Of a stretch of DNA of 64,000 nt, positions 14,401-27,349 are shown in pieces (position 1 is the first letter of the stretch; each line of letters starts with the position of its first letter). The notes beneath the pieces were generated by a model. That model saw only the letters and a program-made list of their open reading frames with translations, was not told the origin of the DNA and searched no databases. Source of the stretch: Psammoneis japonica (taxonomy: Eukaryota); NCBI GenBank assembly GCA_008632985.1, contig QPGO01000009.1:496001-560000 (forward strand), written 5' to 3'. Made by a program: the position numbers and the translations under genes.

Positions 14401-14950
14401 ACATGTGGGCCTCAGCTGGTTGACTGAATTGCCCCAGTCAACAGCTCCCAGTTTTCGAGAGTGGGCAGCAGCACAGCAGCTTTAATTGAAAGCAGCAGTT
14501 GCGCACATCTGAAAAAATGATTTGGAGTGCTGTGTGATGTCAGTGGGCGGGCTTTCATCAAATGGTTTTTGCCCACAAGACCAAACATTGCAAGCCCTCA
14601 AATGAAGTGTCTCAGGCTGGATTTCCCAAATTTCGCATGTTCCAGCCACCTCTGTTTTTGGTTGGAGAGTGCGCTTTCAGTTTTTGCATGCTTGCACCAA
14701 CTTGGAGTGTCCTTGAGCTCAATTCATTGCCTTTGACAGTTCACTTCTTGACTTTTTTGAGAAGCTCACATTCTGTTCGCATGGTGGCATTTGTCTTGTT
14801 TTGAAGAAGGCATCAGATTCTCGGCGTCCATCTTTTCATGACTTCCTGCCACAACAAAAAATTCTGTTCATGACGCTGGACACAAGCCCCGCAGACGACG
14901 ATTCAGCGCTGGACGGATGTCTGTCACAGTGTGTCATCATGATGCCACTC
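5420..14950. other. TpA- and CpG-depleted hypermutated domain; original content not identified
   Basis: About two dozen TA dinucleotides by eye in ~9.5 kb. The ORFs are almost Tyr-free and Cys/His-rich. No recognisable domain. Confidence 0.85.
8200..9410. repeat. Diverged tandem duplication within the hypermutated domain
   Basis: ttggttgattgccaaacacacctgttgc occurs at ~8242 and ~8860. gatcaaatgccacctcagcaatccct... occurs at ~8444 and ~9194, with similarity extending ~200 bp further. Confidence 0.85.
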
Positions 14951-15911
14951 TAGCAGCTAGAGAGCACCGGTAGAGTAAATCTCAACTTGAGGGATGCTAA
15001 ATAATGAAAAATGCCCAACATCCATGGAAGGATACTTTTAAATGATGTGCCGTGAACGGACGAAGTTATGCAGTATGGGTCCTACAGCACATCCGACTAG
15101 AGGTAATCATGTTTGAATGCGATGATTAGATGGTGCGAACCCCTTCGACGCATGTCATTGGTCAAGAACTTTTCCCAGAAAAAACACTTAAGGGAGACAC
15201 GTAGTACACAACCTGCGTAGAAATTGTGTAGGGTTTGGCGGCACATAATGACACTCGATCATCTCGCGCCATCAGCACGGGATCTCACACGGAAGCGGTA
15301 CGTTTCCTTGGCATACAATGGCCGCCCATTGCGTAGCTTTGCTCTGTCATAACGGAGACCTTCTGTTTGCATCGAGAAGAATTGTTTGTCGTGAATAGAG
15401 AACAACAAGAACAAACGCGGTTCACAGGTGTATTTTGTTCTTCTGATCGTACTCTCTCGTAGAATTGCACGGGGATCTTTCTGCCGTACGTAGACGCAGT
15501 AGTATCCTCGCGTAGGAACTGACGTTTCAGAACGTACCGCAGCAGCGCATGGCGTGGCACACAGCGAAATCGCCGAATGCGTTGTGTCCCTCTTTGTACC
15601 AGTGTATATCCTTTTGTGTGAGCAACGTTGAAATTGTTTCGTACTTGATGATTCATTCTATGGGTGGTGGAGACACAGAGTAGGGTCGTTTTGTGCAGAG
15701 TCGGCTCGAAATTGCTCTCCTGTCCTGTCTGTTCTCTCGCTTGGATTGCTCATCTGTCATCAAATTGCCGGCTTCTTCTCTAGGTGGCTTGTGGTTGACT
15801 ATTTTGTTTATTAATTCTCCACACAAGTCCGGATAGTGCTAGGCTCTGTTGATTTGTTGGGACGCGTTTTCGGTGGTATAGTAGCTGACACAGGGTTGAA
15901 CAACTTTAAGA

Positions 15912-18900
15912 ATGTCTACTCGAAATGCATCGGGCAGGTATGGTGGTAGTATCGGAAATTCAGTGTCCTTTGACAAGGATGTCCACGATGCGTCGCCTCA
16001 CGGTCTCTACGATGAACCGCCCTCCGAAGGAAGCGCCCCGCGACATACGCAATTTCTGGATCTGACCAACGGCGAAGGAGGAGGCGGAGAAAGCTCTTTT
16101 AGCCCTGAGAACACAACCGAAGAACCTCGGCCTGAATCTACAATTACTCGTCCTACTACCAGCAGTATGAAACGTCCCGCACGATTTGACCCAAACACGC
16201 CCGGTAGAGTGGTGGAAGCTGGCCAAGAGCACACGGGGCGCTGGACTCGGGAAGAGCACGAAGCGTTTCTTAGCGCTCTCCAAATGTATGGGAAAGAATG
16301 GAAAAAGGTAGCAGCCAAGGTGAAGACGAGAACGGTGGTTCAGACAAGGACTCATGCGCAGAAGTACTTTCAGAAATTACATAAGGTGATGAATGGTGCG
16401 GAGGGTAAAGGAGAAGTCGCGCATGTCGAAATGGGGGTCGCCGTAGAGGCCAAGAAGGCTAGTGCACAAAAGAAGAAACGTTTACCCCGGCAGCAGTCTG
16501 CTTCGACTCAGGCAGCCGCGCATCTCATGACGAATTTATCATCGGTGCCTCAGACTGTAGCGTCGGTGAGTCCGTATGCTTCTGGTGGCGCTCCCGCTGC
16601 CCATGGTTCGGGTCACTTTCCCACTCCTCATGGATTCTCCACGTCGTCGTCGGGAGCACCGAATGAGCAACCCCTCCGACAACCGCATTCAGTGTCGTAT
16701 CAAGGGGGCTTTGGGCCAATGAAGATTAAGGCTCCTGACCCAGATTCTGCCTTTGCGCGAGGAAAATTCCCCGAACCATCACCGGCAGCGTGTGGGAAGA
16801 GGAAGGTGGCAGAGATTGCCGCGGCCCGAATGCTTGCCGGTGTGGCCGCGATTGGGGGTAGCACAGGAAAGGCTAAGAAGAAGCGCGCTTCTCTTGCGGG
16901 TGACGAAACTCCTCCTCCTCCTGATGCTGAGAAGGGTCCGGCTGCTATACCCAACGTGGCGAAGGGGCTCTCGCTTCAGATTGTGAACCCCGAGTCTCTG
17001 GGTGTGCCGCATTCGGGAAACAAGAAAAGGAGGGGCTTAGATGGAGAGGCCTCTCCGACAACTCCGTGGGATGGTCAGCTAGAGGCACTTGTCAGGTGAG
17101 TGTCATGCGTGTGCACTGCTTTTTTTTTTTTAAGGTTTTTGTTGTTGGAGCCTAACATGTACCACCTTCTCTGTACGGTTAGCGAGTCAAAGAGCAAGGA
17201 AGCTATTAAGAAGAGTGAAAACATGGAGGACGACGCGGACAATGACCATGACTCCTATTTTTACCCTCACACAGTGTGTGGGCCGGGATCTTTGTATGGT
17301 AGATCGGCTTTGCATAAGGCAGTTTGTGATATCAATGTTTTGTCAGTCAGCAATCGTATTGACAATGATGGCAAGGCGCTTGTCTGTGAAGCGGACGAGT
17401 GTGGCTACTATCCAATCCACACGGCGTCGTCGCTTCGCATGGTAGAGCCTACTGCTGCAGCAGCAAAGCTTGTACGAATTTTGTTATCGAACGGAGCTGA
17501 TCCTGCTTGTGTTGATACCAATGACAACACTCCTCTTCATTGGGCGGCTAGGGCTGGTGACGAAGACGTGGCGCATATGCTTCTAATGAAGAATTGCCCT
17601 CTTGGTATGTGACACTATATTTGGTGATGTCCATTGGCAAAAGCCTCGTTGTATCTTTGTGCTCTTAACATTTTCTCTTTCTTTGGAACAAAGATTCCCA
17701 GAACAAGCAAGGAGATACGCCTCTTCATGTGGCGATGCGCATTGGCCGCAAGGGTATGGGTGTAGTTGCCGTCTTGTTAAAAAATGGCGCTCGCTCCGCG
17801 GCATTCAACAAGCAATTCAGAAGGCCACTGGACGTTGCAGCCGATGGATTCTCTGAAGAGTCGAAAGCGGGTTTGTCTCCAAGTGGTTCGAGTGGTGACC
17901 TGAAAATGACTAAGAAGACCAACAAATCTGAACAGAAGAAGCTGCAGATAGCCAAAACCGAAGAAGTCCGTGACACTCGCGCCAACTTTCTCAGACTCTC
18001 GCCAAAAGCTCGAACCCTTGTGCTTCACCATCCGGAGTGTCTGGAACATATTCCGAAGTCTGAAAGTGATTGGGAAGTTCCTGATCGCGTCGAGTCTATC
18101 ATGAGACGAATCGTCCCACCAGTGGGCTCCACGGAAACGACAGGTATCTTTCCGCACGAGGTGACGGTTTCAACCGATTTTGAAAAGGCAGAGATCGAGC
18201 TTCTTAGCCGTGTGCACAGCACCGAGTATTTGTCATTTGTTGACTCTCTGAGCAAGGAGCTCGAGCGCAAGCAACAAGAGGCGTTGTCTGAAACGAACGG
18301 AGATTCGGACGAAGCCAGCGACAACAAGTCGGCACACGCTGCAGGGGTTCCGTTTACGCCAATGGTAAGCTCACACTCTAGGTTTTGTTCTCTGCGTGTT
18401 TCAACATTGATACTTGCTCACACCCATACTCTCCTATCAGGTGCAAAAATCAATGATGAAGTTCGATAACGTAAAACAGGCGGCTCACTCGGACACTTCG
18501 TTTAGCGCTGGGTCTCTTCGTGCAGCAAGAAGAGCAGCCGGTGCAGTACAGCATGCGGTGGATAGGTGGGTCTAGTTTTTGCGCCGTCCCGTCGCCAGGT
18601 CATTATTTGCTTCGCTTTTTTGCTGACAAAATGCCTTTTGTCTCATCTCGTCGTGACAAAGAGTTCTTGTGGGTCGTGATAGAAATGCGTTTTGCGTAGT
18701 TCGGCCGCCTGGTCACCATGCTGGTGTCCAAGGCCTTTTGGACGGGGGCGAATCATGTGGCTTCTGTATTTTCAACAATGTTGCAGCTGGTGCGATGCAC
18801 GCGATATCGGACGAACGTCTCATTTGCGAGCGTTGCGCTATTGTGGACATTGACGCACACCATGGAAATGGCGTAAGTGTCCCCGATGAGTTGTGTCTTG

Positions 18901-19918
18901 GTCTTGTTTCGAACGATGCTCACAGAGTTTGTTTCTTTTGTTTTCGGTAGACGGAAGAAATTGTGAAAAAGTGCTACGACCCGGGGAGGCTGTTTTTCTT
19001 TTCTATCCACCTCTATGACAACGACAAGAGAAAAAGCAACCCGTATAAGTTCTACCCTGGAACTGGTGACGAAGATGACATCGCTCACAATATCATCAAC
19101 GTGCCTATCACTCCGCTGTGGAAGCAACAACGAGATAGCCCCTCGCAAGTTCCGGCTGCTCCCAAAACATTTCACAACACACGCCGAAAAGCGAAGGAGG
19201 CAGCAGCCGCGGCTACTTTCCCTCCACCACCACCCTTCGGGGACGATTCCGCACCTTCGTCATCTCTTCTACTGCCAATAGGCGATTCTCCGCGAGATTC
19301 TGTTGGGGGCTACGAATCATCCTCGGAGTATGGGGGTGGAGGTCTCGAAAGCGCTCGAACAAGTGACGCAGAAAGTGTGTCTCAAAGAAGTGCAGCTGGC
19401 ACATCAAAGCCGGGGAGTCCACGGTTCCTTCCTGGATCTGGGCGTCATGCGTACCGACGGGCAATTCAGCATCGCCTCATACCTGCTCTCCGTGCTTTCA
19501 ATCCCGACCTTATCTTAATCAGTGCGGGCTTTGATGCTGCCAAGGGCGACGTAGGGAATGCCAAGCACATGGTTGGACGCAAGGAGAAAATGGGAATGGA
19601 TCTATTGCCGTCTGATTATGGCTGGGCAACAAGAAAGGTATGAAATCTGCGGTTATTGTGGGATCGTTTCTTGATCTCCAGTTTTCAGCTTCTAACAAGT
19701 TCACTTTTGTGTTTCAGATTTTGGAAGTGGCAGATATCTGTTGTCAGGGACGGGTCGTGTCTGTGTTGGAAGGAGGGTACGGACGGACACCAGTTGTTCC
19801 TACTGATGACGGCTCTACTGGCGATGGACGTCTTGACAAGAGCTTGTTTAGTGAATGCGCTGTTCGGCATTTGCAGGCAATGGTTGATCCGTACGACTCG
19901 GAAGCGCGATTTTCTTAG
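15912..19918 (+). CDS. Myb/SANT (SHAQKYF-class) + ankyrin repeat + class II-like histone deacetylase fusion protein, 7 exons
   Basis: Exons 15912-17095, 17183-17604, 17694-18364, 18441-18565, 18662-18872, 18951-19717 region split as 18951-19637 and 19718-19918, joined by GT-AG introns; the junctions I translated preserve frame. Motifs: GRWTREEHEAFLSAL..YGKEWKKVA..RTVVQTRTHAQKYF; ankyrin NTPLHWAA and GDTPLHVA; HDAC RPPGHHAG, GFCIFNNVA, DIDAHHGNG, SAGFDA, LEGGY. Confidence 0.92.
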
Positions 19919-20239
19919 CCGCGATCAAACGTCGTTTGCCACAGAGACTCCTCATCACTGTGACGTTTTGAAAGAAGTGATTAGTCGTAAATGTAAAAGG
20001 TCTTGGACGCAGTCGCGAGTTAAAAGTCTCAAGTCTCATATCATATGTCAGTGCACCATTATAAGATTTTAGAAATATCCACATGTTCGAACTACAAGTT
20101 GCGAATGATTGAATTCCCGGTTAATATATGAATGCTCTCCACGACGGCGAATGCTCCCCTGCTCCGCAATGGTGAATGAATTCCGTGGTGCGTGACAGGC
20201 GGTTTCTTCAACTTGTTTTCATGGTTTTGTTGTTCGCCA

Positions 20240-23200
20240 GGTTGAAGAAGAAATGGGCCATCACTGTGTTGAGACGCTGAGACGGATCGTTAGAAACCAT
20301 AAGATGGCAAAGAGCAAAGAGACGTGCCATGGGGCTCTCTCTTTTGATGTCAATCAGGAAACATGGTTTGTTGCAACCGGCGGCATTTCCACCTCACAAA
20401 TGCATGATTTGAAAAAGAAGATGAATCAATGCACCCATGAAATTGTGCAAAGCACTCCTGCTGGAATCCATTGCCATTGCACCAACAACAGCACTGAAAG
20501 ACATTTGTTGCAGCTGCCAGGGGCGACACCCATCAGGACAGTGATGCCAAGGACAGACCACCAGCACTGCAATGACCAAGCTCTTGCTCTGTTTTGCTTG
20601 GGACTTGCAGCAGTGATTTCACCAGTGACATTGGGAGCAAGAATGTTGTGGTCTGGTGAGAGCAGTTGATTCTTTGAGTGACAGAATGCAGATCCCTCCC
20701 ACCCTTCTTAGCACACTCCACTCAGCCATTTGTGCCCAACAGAGTGTCTCCAGAACATGCCAGTCAATGGGAAGAGGGGACAAAGGTCATGGGCATTTTG
20801 TTCAGATCTTGTGAGTTTGCCACCAGTGGCTCTCCACAGCCATTTGTTGTGAGAGGGGGTGCAGCAACAATGAGCACCAGACAAGGAGCAGATGTCCAAG
20901 AGACAAAGTTTTTTGATCACTTCTCCACAGCTCTGTCTGTGCAAGAGGAACTTGACATTGTGTGCTCCAAAGATGAGAGTGAGAATTGTTCTGGCTTAAA
21001 CCAGGATGAGATTGAGCACCCCCCAAGGAACCAAAATGTGATTGCCAGTTTGAAGAGGACATCACTGCTGGCTTAGATGGCTTCTTTTTTTGCACATTTT
21101 TGGTGCAATGCACCCTTGTGGGCCAGGTTTGTGGCGCATGTGATGATCCCCAAATGTGTGGTTTGCTGCAGTCACAAATGCTGCCACACAGCAGCTTCAA
21201 CATGCTGGGCAAATGATGCATGCCAAATGATCTTTTTTCTTGACTCAATCTTCCCCCCACATGTCAGCTGCATTGTCATTTCCTGACATCTGTGACATGC
21301 TTGTTGATGAGATGGAGGCAACAAGGTGTCAAAGCTTGCAGCAGCAACAAAGATCATCAGTTTTCAATGGCAGTGATGGGCCAGAACCTTGAAGTGCAGA
21401 GTGAGGTGTGCAGCAAAGAAAGTGTGAGAAAATCTGGTTGGGCCACTGTGTTGATGCATGGGACCTTCTGCCTTGTTTTTCTCTTGGTTGTGAGGATCAA
21501 GAGACACTCAAAAAGAAAAAGACTTTTAGCAGAACAGCTGTTGATGTGCGCAGCACTCTGTGAGGTGCAGCTTGAGCTCACCCCTCATTTTCTCCTGTGA
21601 TTGCACTTCTGTGATTGCCCTGTTCATCATGATGGATTATTTTGGGGGCAGCTGAGCACAAGTGTCATTTTTCAACCAATCTGTTTGGGCAACAATCAAG
21701 CACCTGGAGCAGTTTTGAAAGAAGAGAAAACCATGATGATGGATGAGCCCAGCATGACTCCTTGCAGCTGTGCAGGGGGACTTCATGGCAGATGGTGTCT
21801 CTGTCTCTGCTTGATAGCCCCACACTTTTGCAATTTGCTGTGACATCCTTCTTGCAAGAAGCAAGATTCAGGGTGGAAGAATTTTGCTCAAACCATCAAT
21901 GGCACCACTGCTTTTGGACCAATCCAACATTGGTGAGTTGAGCTGCCTCACTGTCCCCTTTGTTCACACAGTGCATCCCATCAAGATGGCACCAACAAGT
22001 GAGAGGAGGCAACAATTCATTTGGGCTTGATGCCTTGGCAAAGGTGCATCACAAAGATGAGACACCAACAACTTGTTGCTGATGCTGCTTTCTCAATGAT
22101 GTTCCTCTTGCACACATTGCATCTTTCCTTTGCAAATTCCATCCAAGAAGTGTGCCACTTTCATGAGCATCCCCCAACTTGTTCATCAGTGGCATGTGTG
22201 AGAGAACTCAGGAGTTCCCCCCAGTGCCAGAGAAAAGTGAGCTTCCAGATCTTTGCCTGGGCACCTCTGATGATGTTGCATTTTGGAGTCCTTGCATTGC
22301 AGAGATGATTTTGCAGGTGTGCTGCAACACAAACTTGCAACACAGACATCTTTTCCTCAAACACTTTGGTGCCTGGGTGGTGCTTCATTTGTTGCAAGCA
22401 TTCAGCGAGCATGGCACAAAACTTGAAAACTGCAAGTTTGTTGATTTTCTGAGGACCATTTTTGGAAAGGCAAAAACAATGATCATCTGCGCTCTCAGCT
22501 CCTTGCCAAACTGACTTGAATTTGTGACTCATTGTTGGCTGTCAGTGGAAGTGAAAGCCTGATGATGCACAAACATTGCCTTGGAGATCAGCTGTCTTGG
22601 CATTGGCTGATTGCAACGCGAATGATGTTGATTTTGCCGTGCAATGCCACAGGTGTGTTTGTCATGTCACTGGGCAGAACATCAAGCAGAGCCATTCCTC
22701 ACATTTGCTTTGCTGGGTGCACCCAAGCAAAATGGAGATGATTGGCAACAGAGCTGGCTGCTGCATTGTGGAAAATGTCTTCCATGGCCTCCAGAAATTC
22801 GAGGGTGCTTTTGACTCCAGAGATGTGGGATCTTGTGAAGTGGAGGACTTCTGGGAGGAAGTCACCACATTTCTGCAAAAAGCATCTTGTCTCTGCCAGC
22901 CACATGCAAATCAAGCTGAACCTGTGTGACTGTTGTCACATTTTTCTTAAAAAACAAGCTGTGACACTGCAGACTGCATGTGTTGTGGGAATGTCTCTGT
23001 GCTTTGGACAAGGCAGAGTCAGCGGATCACCCAACAATTGCTTTGACAACAAGAGTTTGTTGCTGCACATGCTTTCTTGGCTTGACATTGATTGATGGAG
23101 TCATCCTTCTGCTCCAGAGCTCCTGTTCTCAGCTTGCCCCGGAACAAGCAAGGCACATGAGGGGTGGGTTGAATGATTGTAAAAGACAATGGCAGTGGAA

Positions 23201-23660
23201 GGCACAGGCTCTGCCAGAAGTGTGCACCCACTTGGAATTGCTCCATCAGCCTTCTGGCTTGAACAGCACACAGTTTCATTGCCCTCTGCGGTGTTGGCTG
23301 CACTTGTGTTTTCTCAGAGACCTCTGGGCTTTTGCCAGCGGCTCGTTTTCAACACAATGTGTTTCACAGGTGTCCAGGGGTTTGCAACAACTTGACCAGT
23401 GCAAATCAAAAAAGGCAAAAGTAATTTTGACCATGCACACAGTGAAAAATTGCATTGCAGCTTGCTCACAGCAGCCAGTGCAGCAACAAGTGTGTCTCCC
23501 AGCTGTTTCTGCCTGGAACCACTCAGCCCTTCTGCAAGCAGCATGATGTGGGTTTCATTCAAAATCAAACAAAAAAATCCAAAGGACAGGCTTGGGCATG
23601 GACTAAAAACATGTAGAGATGGAACGAGAAAGAGTTCAGCAAGTGGCAAGAGCCACCAGT
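20240..23660. other. TpA- and CpG-depleted hypermutated domain; unidentified remnant
   Basis: Same compositional signature, with sharp return to normal composition near 20200 and 23680. Confidence 0.8.
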
Positions 23661-23757
23661 GAAGATCGTCGCATCATCTTTTAGCGAAAAAGAATGAGGC
23701 AAAGATACAAAGTTAAACAGCATTTAGAACACACCGGCACATGATCATTTTAGTTTT

Positions 23758-26014
23758 GAAATGTTCGAAATCTACGTCTGATGTGCGTCCGCAAAGATCT
23801 GAGGACTAACCAACGCGCGACCACACAACAACAATCAAATCAAAAAATCAAAGAACGAGAAACTTCACCATGACGCTCGCGATCGATTTGCCGCTCGTTT
23901 TTGGAAGATTCGGCATGCCAGTACCGGTTCCGACATTTTTGAAAATATCTGATCCCACTAGAGGATAAGTTGTCGAAACCTGCCAGGCACCGAGAGCACA
24001 CGAGTCGTGGAAGACCGAGGACTGAGGCTCCGTGGACTTTACGTGCTTCTGGTACACGAACAATCCGATGCTGAATTTCCGCTCGCTCTCGATTCGCTCA
24101 TAATTCTGACAATCAACTCAAACAACACGGCAGTAAAATGGAGGAGTTGATTGTGTTTCTCTTTTGACCATGGCGCTCTTTGCGGTGGCCATGGGCGTTC
24201 TGCTTGCTGCCGGCTTTGTCGTTGCAGAGTAAGGTACGTGTGTTCTTGTCGTGATCGTGTATCGTGTTGTTCCTTTTTCTTTTGTATTTCATCCACTCAA
24301 CTCGCTCTTGCCTTCTTGTACGTACACAGAGACAGAATTATCATTCACCGTGGTTGTGGGCAAGAAGCGGATACGTTGAGGTGCTCGTGTCTAGGTTGCG
24401 GCACGGCGGTCTGGGATATTCAAGGCGAGGCGATGTACTGATTGTGGTTTGGGATTGGATTCACCAAGAAGGACGTTTTGAAAAGTACAGCAGCAATGCG
24501 AGGCTACCCATTAGGATTGAGCAGACGTGGCACTCAGTCTCCCAACAACGTTGGAATAAGAGACGGCCTCTTGTCAATTGCTCTACCCGAAGCAGTAGCA
24601 AAATCTCGTACTTGACTTGTTGTGGCTTTTGCTGCCATGGGGCAGCGTGAACGTGGAAGCGGGGTTACTCATTAGGACTTGGATAGACGTGGCACTCAGT
24701 CTCGCAACCCGAGACGGCCTCTTGTCAATTATCCAGACTCGAAGCAGTAACGCGAACTCGCACACGAATTCACAGTACGGAATGTTAGATTGCGGGGCCG
24801 CCCATTAGGGCATGAGTAGACGTGAAGGCTTCAGCCTCTCGTCAATTAGTCATAGTCACGAAGCAGTGGCACAACAACTCGCAAGCATGTCCATTGGTTG
24901 GGAGAAGAACGAACTTTGCCGCAAAGGCAAGGTGGACGTTAGACGGGGCTACCTAATAGGGCATCGGCGGACCGGGCAATCAGCCTTTACCGATAGTCAC
25001 GAAGCAGTAGCGCAACACTCGCCAACGTTTCACCAAGGGGGGCATTACGTCAGTCGTGGGGTTGCCTAGTAGGGCTACCTGTGTGGTAGTCTCGAAGCAG
25101 TAGCTAAAACTCACCAGATGCCCCCACCTGTTCCACCAACAAGTCCTTCCGAAGAGGTGTTTGTTACGACATCCGGTGACCATGCCAAACCATATGAAGG
25201 CTAGTACTCGGAATATTGATGACACAGTCGGTTCATGAACATTGCAATCTATCAGAGAACGCGCTTTCTCTGCGGTTTGCACCATGTCGGTTCGCTTTTT
25301 CAGCTCAAGAATTCAGGCTCGCAGTATTGTAAGCCGAGGCCGTTTCGGACGTCAGGTTGAAACAGAGAGGCAGCATTGACGAAAGAGAATTCATTGACCA
25401 CACTCTATTTCAGGCTCGCATTGCTATCATGTAAGTCGTGTCGCTTCGGAAGTCAAGCTTGTTGTTGAAACATTGACGGAAGAGAATAGAGCATTCATTG
25501 GGGGCAAGATTTTCACAAGGCTGCCATTGAAAAAAACAAAAACAAATCATACCTCTCTAGCAGAGAGACAATAAAAACACGTCTCACATAAAAGGAATAG
25601 AAAACAGAGTTCCTAAAACGTCCGCTTGCAATTCTATACAATACCTTAGTACTACTGCTAGCTCGCACATGAGCACTTCTACCGTATGAGGCGGTCGTCA
25701 GTCTTTTAAAGCAAGACGGAAATCTATGTCGTATCATATTCTGGCTGTATCCTTTACGTTGCGAAACCGCACGTGCATATTGTGGACTAGATTTTTCTTT
25801 CAATTGTGGATGTGGTGCGGGTAGCTTTTTGAAGATTTGAATCTTCTGGCGCGCGAATCATCGCCACTCCTTCCTTGCGATTAGCATACCGTATGGCTGA
25901 CGATTGGCTAGAATACGTCAAAGAACCGCATTGACCTAATAAAAATAAAGTGTTTACTACTTGCCGCTTCCGTAATAATTACAGTCTCGCAATTATCTCT
26001 TCGGGTGTCGCATC
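23758..26014. repeat. Copy 1 of ~2.2 kb direct segmental duplication
   Basis: Near-identical to 27350-29625 (starts gaaatgtt.gaaatctacgtctgatgtgcg, ends ctcttcgggtgtc.cat). Offset ~3.6 kb. Confidence 0.95.
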
Positions 26015-27349
26015 CCGTCCTAGCTTTTTGCGATTGGATCCAAACAACGAGAATCTAGTTGGACCCCCCCCCCCGTGTCGACTCTTGGGTATCTTCTACT
26101 TCCTTTTCTCTTGGTCGTACAGATTAAGAGACACTTGAAAAGAGAAAAGGCTTCTCAGCGGAAATATTGTCGATGTGCATGGCGCTCCGGGAGGCGGCTT
26201 GAGCTCGCGCCTCATTTTCTTCTACCAACGTATGATTATTTTATTCGCGACCGATCTATTTGGGGGGCAATCGAGTACCCGTGTGATTCTTCTTTTCGCC
26301 ACCGATCTCTTTGCACGACAATCGAGTACCTGGAGCGGTTTAAAGAAGGGAAATTTTACGATTTTCTGACATCCTTCAAACAAGAGGCAAGATTCGGGGT
26401 AGAAGAATACCGTTCTAGCCATCAATGATGCCAGTGCTTATGGATCGTCGTAAGATCACGGAGAATCCGACATCGTCGAGCGGACCTATCTCTCTATCCC
26501 CAGTATTCAAAATGCACTATGTGGCTTTTATTGCGCACTTTTTGAAAGTATGAGCATTGATATTATAGTCTAGATGGCACGGGTGGAGGAGCCCTGTGGC
26601 AAGTTTGTTGTATTGTGGGAATGGTTCTCTCGGCCTTGGACAAGGAAGAATCAGTGGAAAACGTTTTATGACAAATGCGGTCGCATCGTTTGCCTATTAC
26701 TTTGGCGAGAAGAGACTGTCGCAGCGTATGTTTTTTTGGTTGGATGTTGATGCAATCGCCTTTGCAGTATTACCAAACGGTTTCCTTCGGGTCAAGACGA
26801 ATTTTGATAAGGAAGTCACTCGACTTGTGAGGTTGACGCATGAGGTTATCCTGAGACATCTCTAGATAGACTATGTGCATACTCTCTGATAAGACATTGC
26901 CAGCAGAAAACAACTACGAGCGTAGCTAGCATTCCATACCAGGCAGGCGATTGCAACTACCAAATGATTCAAGAACATTGCCTAAAAGCATCCGATGCCA
27001 TAGCAGCTGCTAACACTACTTGTCTACTGTAATCTTTGTTAGTTTTTTTCTTATCACTAGAGATCCCATTGAAAAAAGATCTTTACAACACAAAAGATAG
27101 ACAAGAGCTGTTTTAGGCCAAGTACGATCTTGAAGTAGAAGGAGCTAGAAACAAAAGACAGATCGTGTCGTAGGCCCCATCCCCGAGCACACAGTGCCGT
27201 GGACCTCCTTCTACATGGAAATCTGTTTGCAAGGGACCACTAGTAGTCTATTTCCCAATAGAACAGCTCGGTAAAGATCGATGCAGCATTCCACGAGATG
27301 GAAGATCCGAAAGATATCAAGACAAAATAACATTCATGCTCATAAAAAT

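Noticed and set aside
1..14950. Classical fungal RIP or CpG deamination alone as the explanation of the composition
   Set aside because: RIP increases TpA and lowers CpA/TpG, the opposite of what is seen. CpG deamination cannot remove TA or turn Tyr into Cys/His.
5290..15180. Possible TIR pair (ctggggaaag at ~5296 vs cttttcccag at ~15169) bounding the 9.5-kb domain
   Set aside because: Only ~10 bp of imperfect match, no extension and no TSD.
24500..25110. CRISPR-like array
   Set aside because: The repeats are short, degenerate and irregularly spaced, the intervening sequences are related to each other, there are no cas genes, and the context is eukaryotic.
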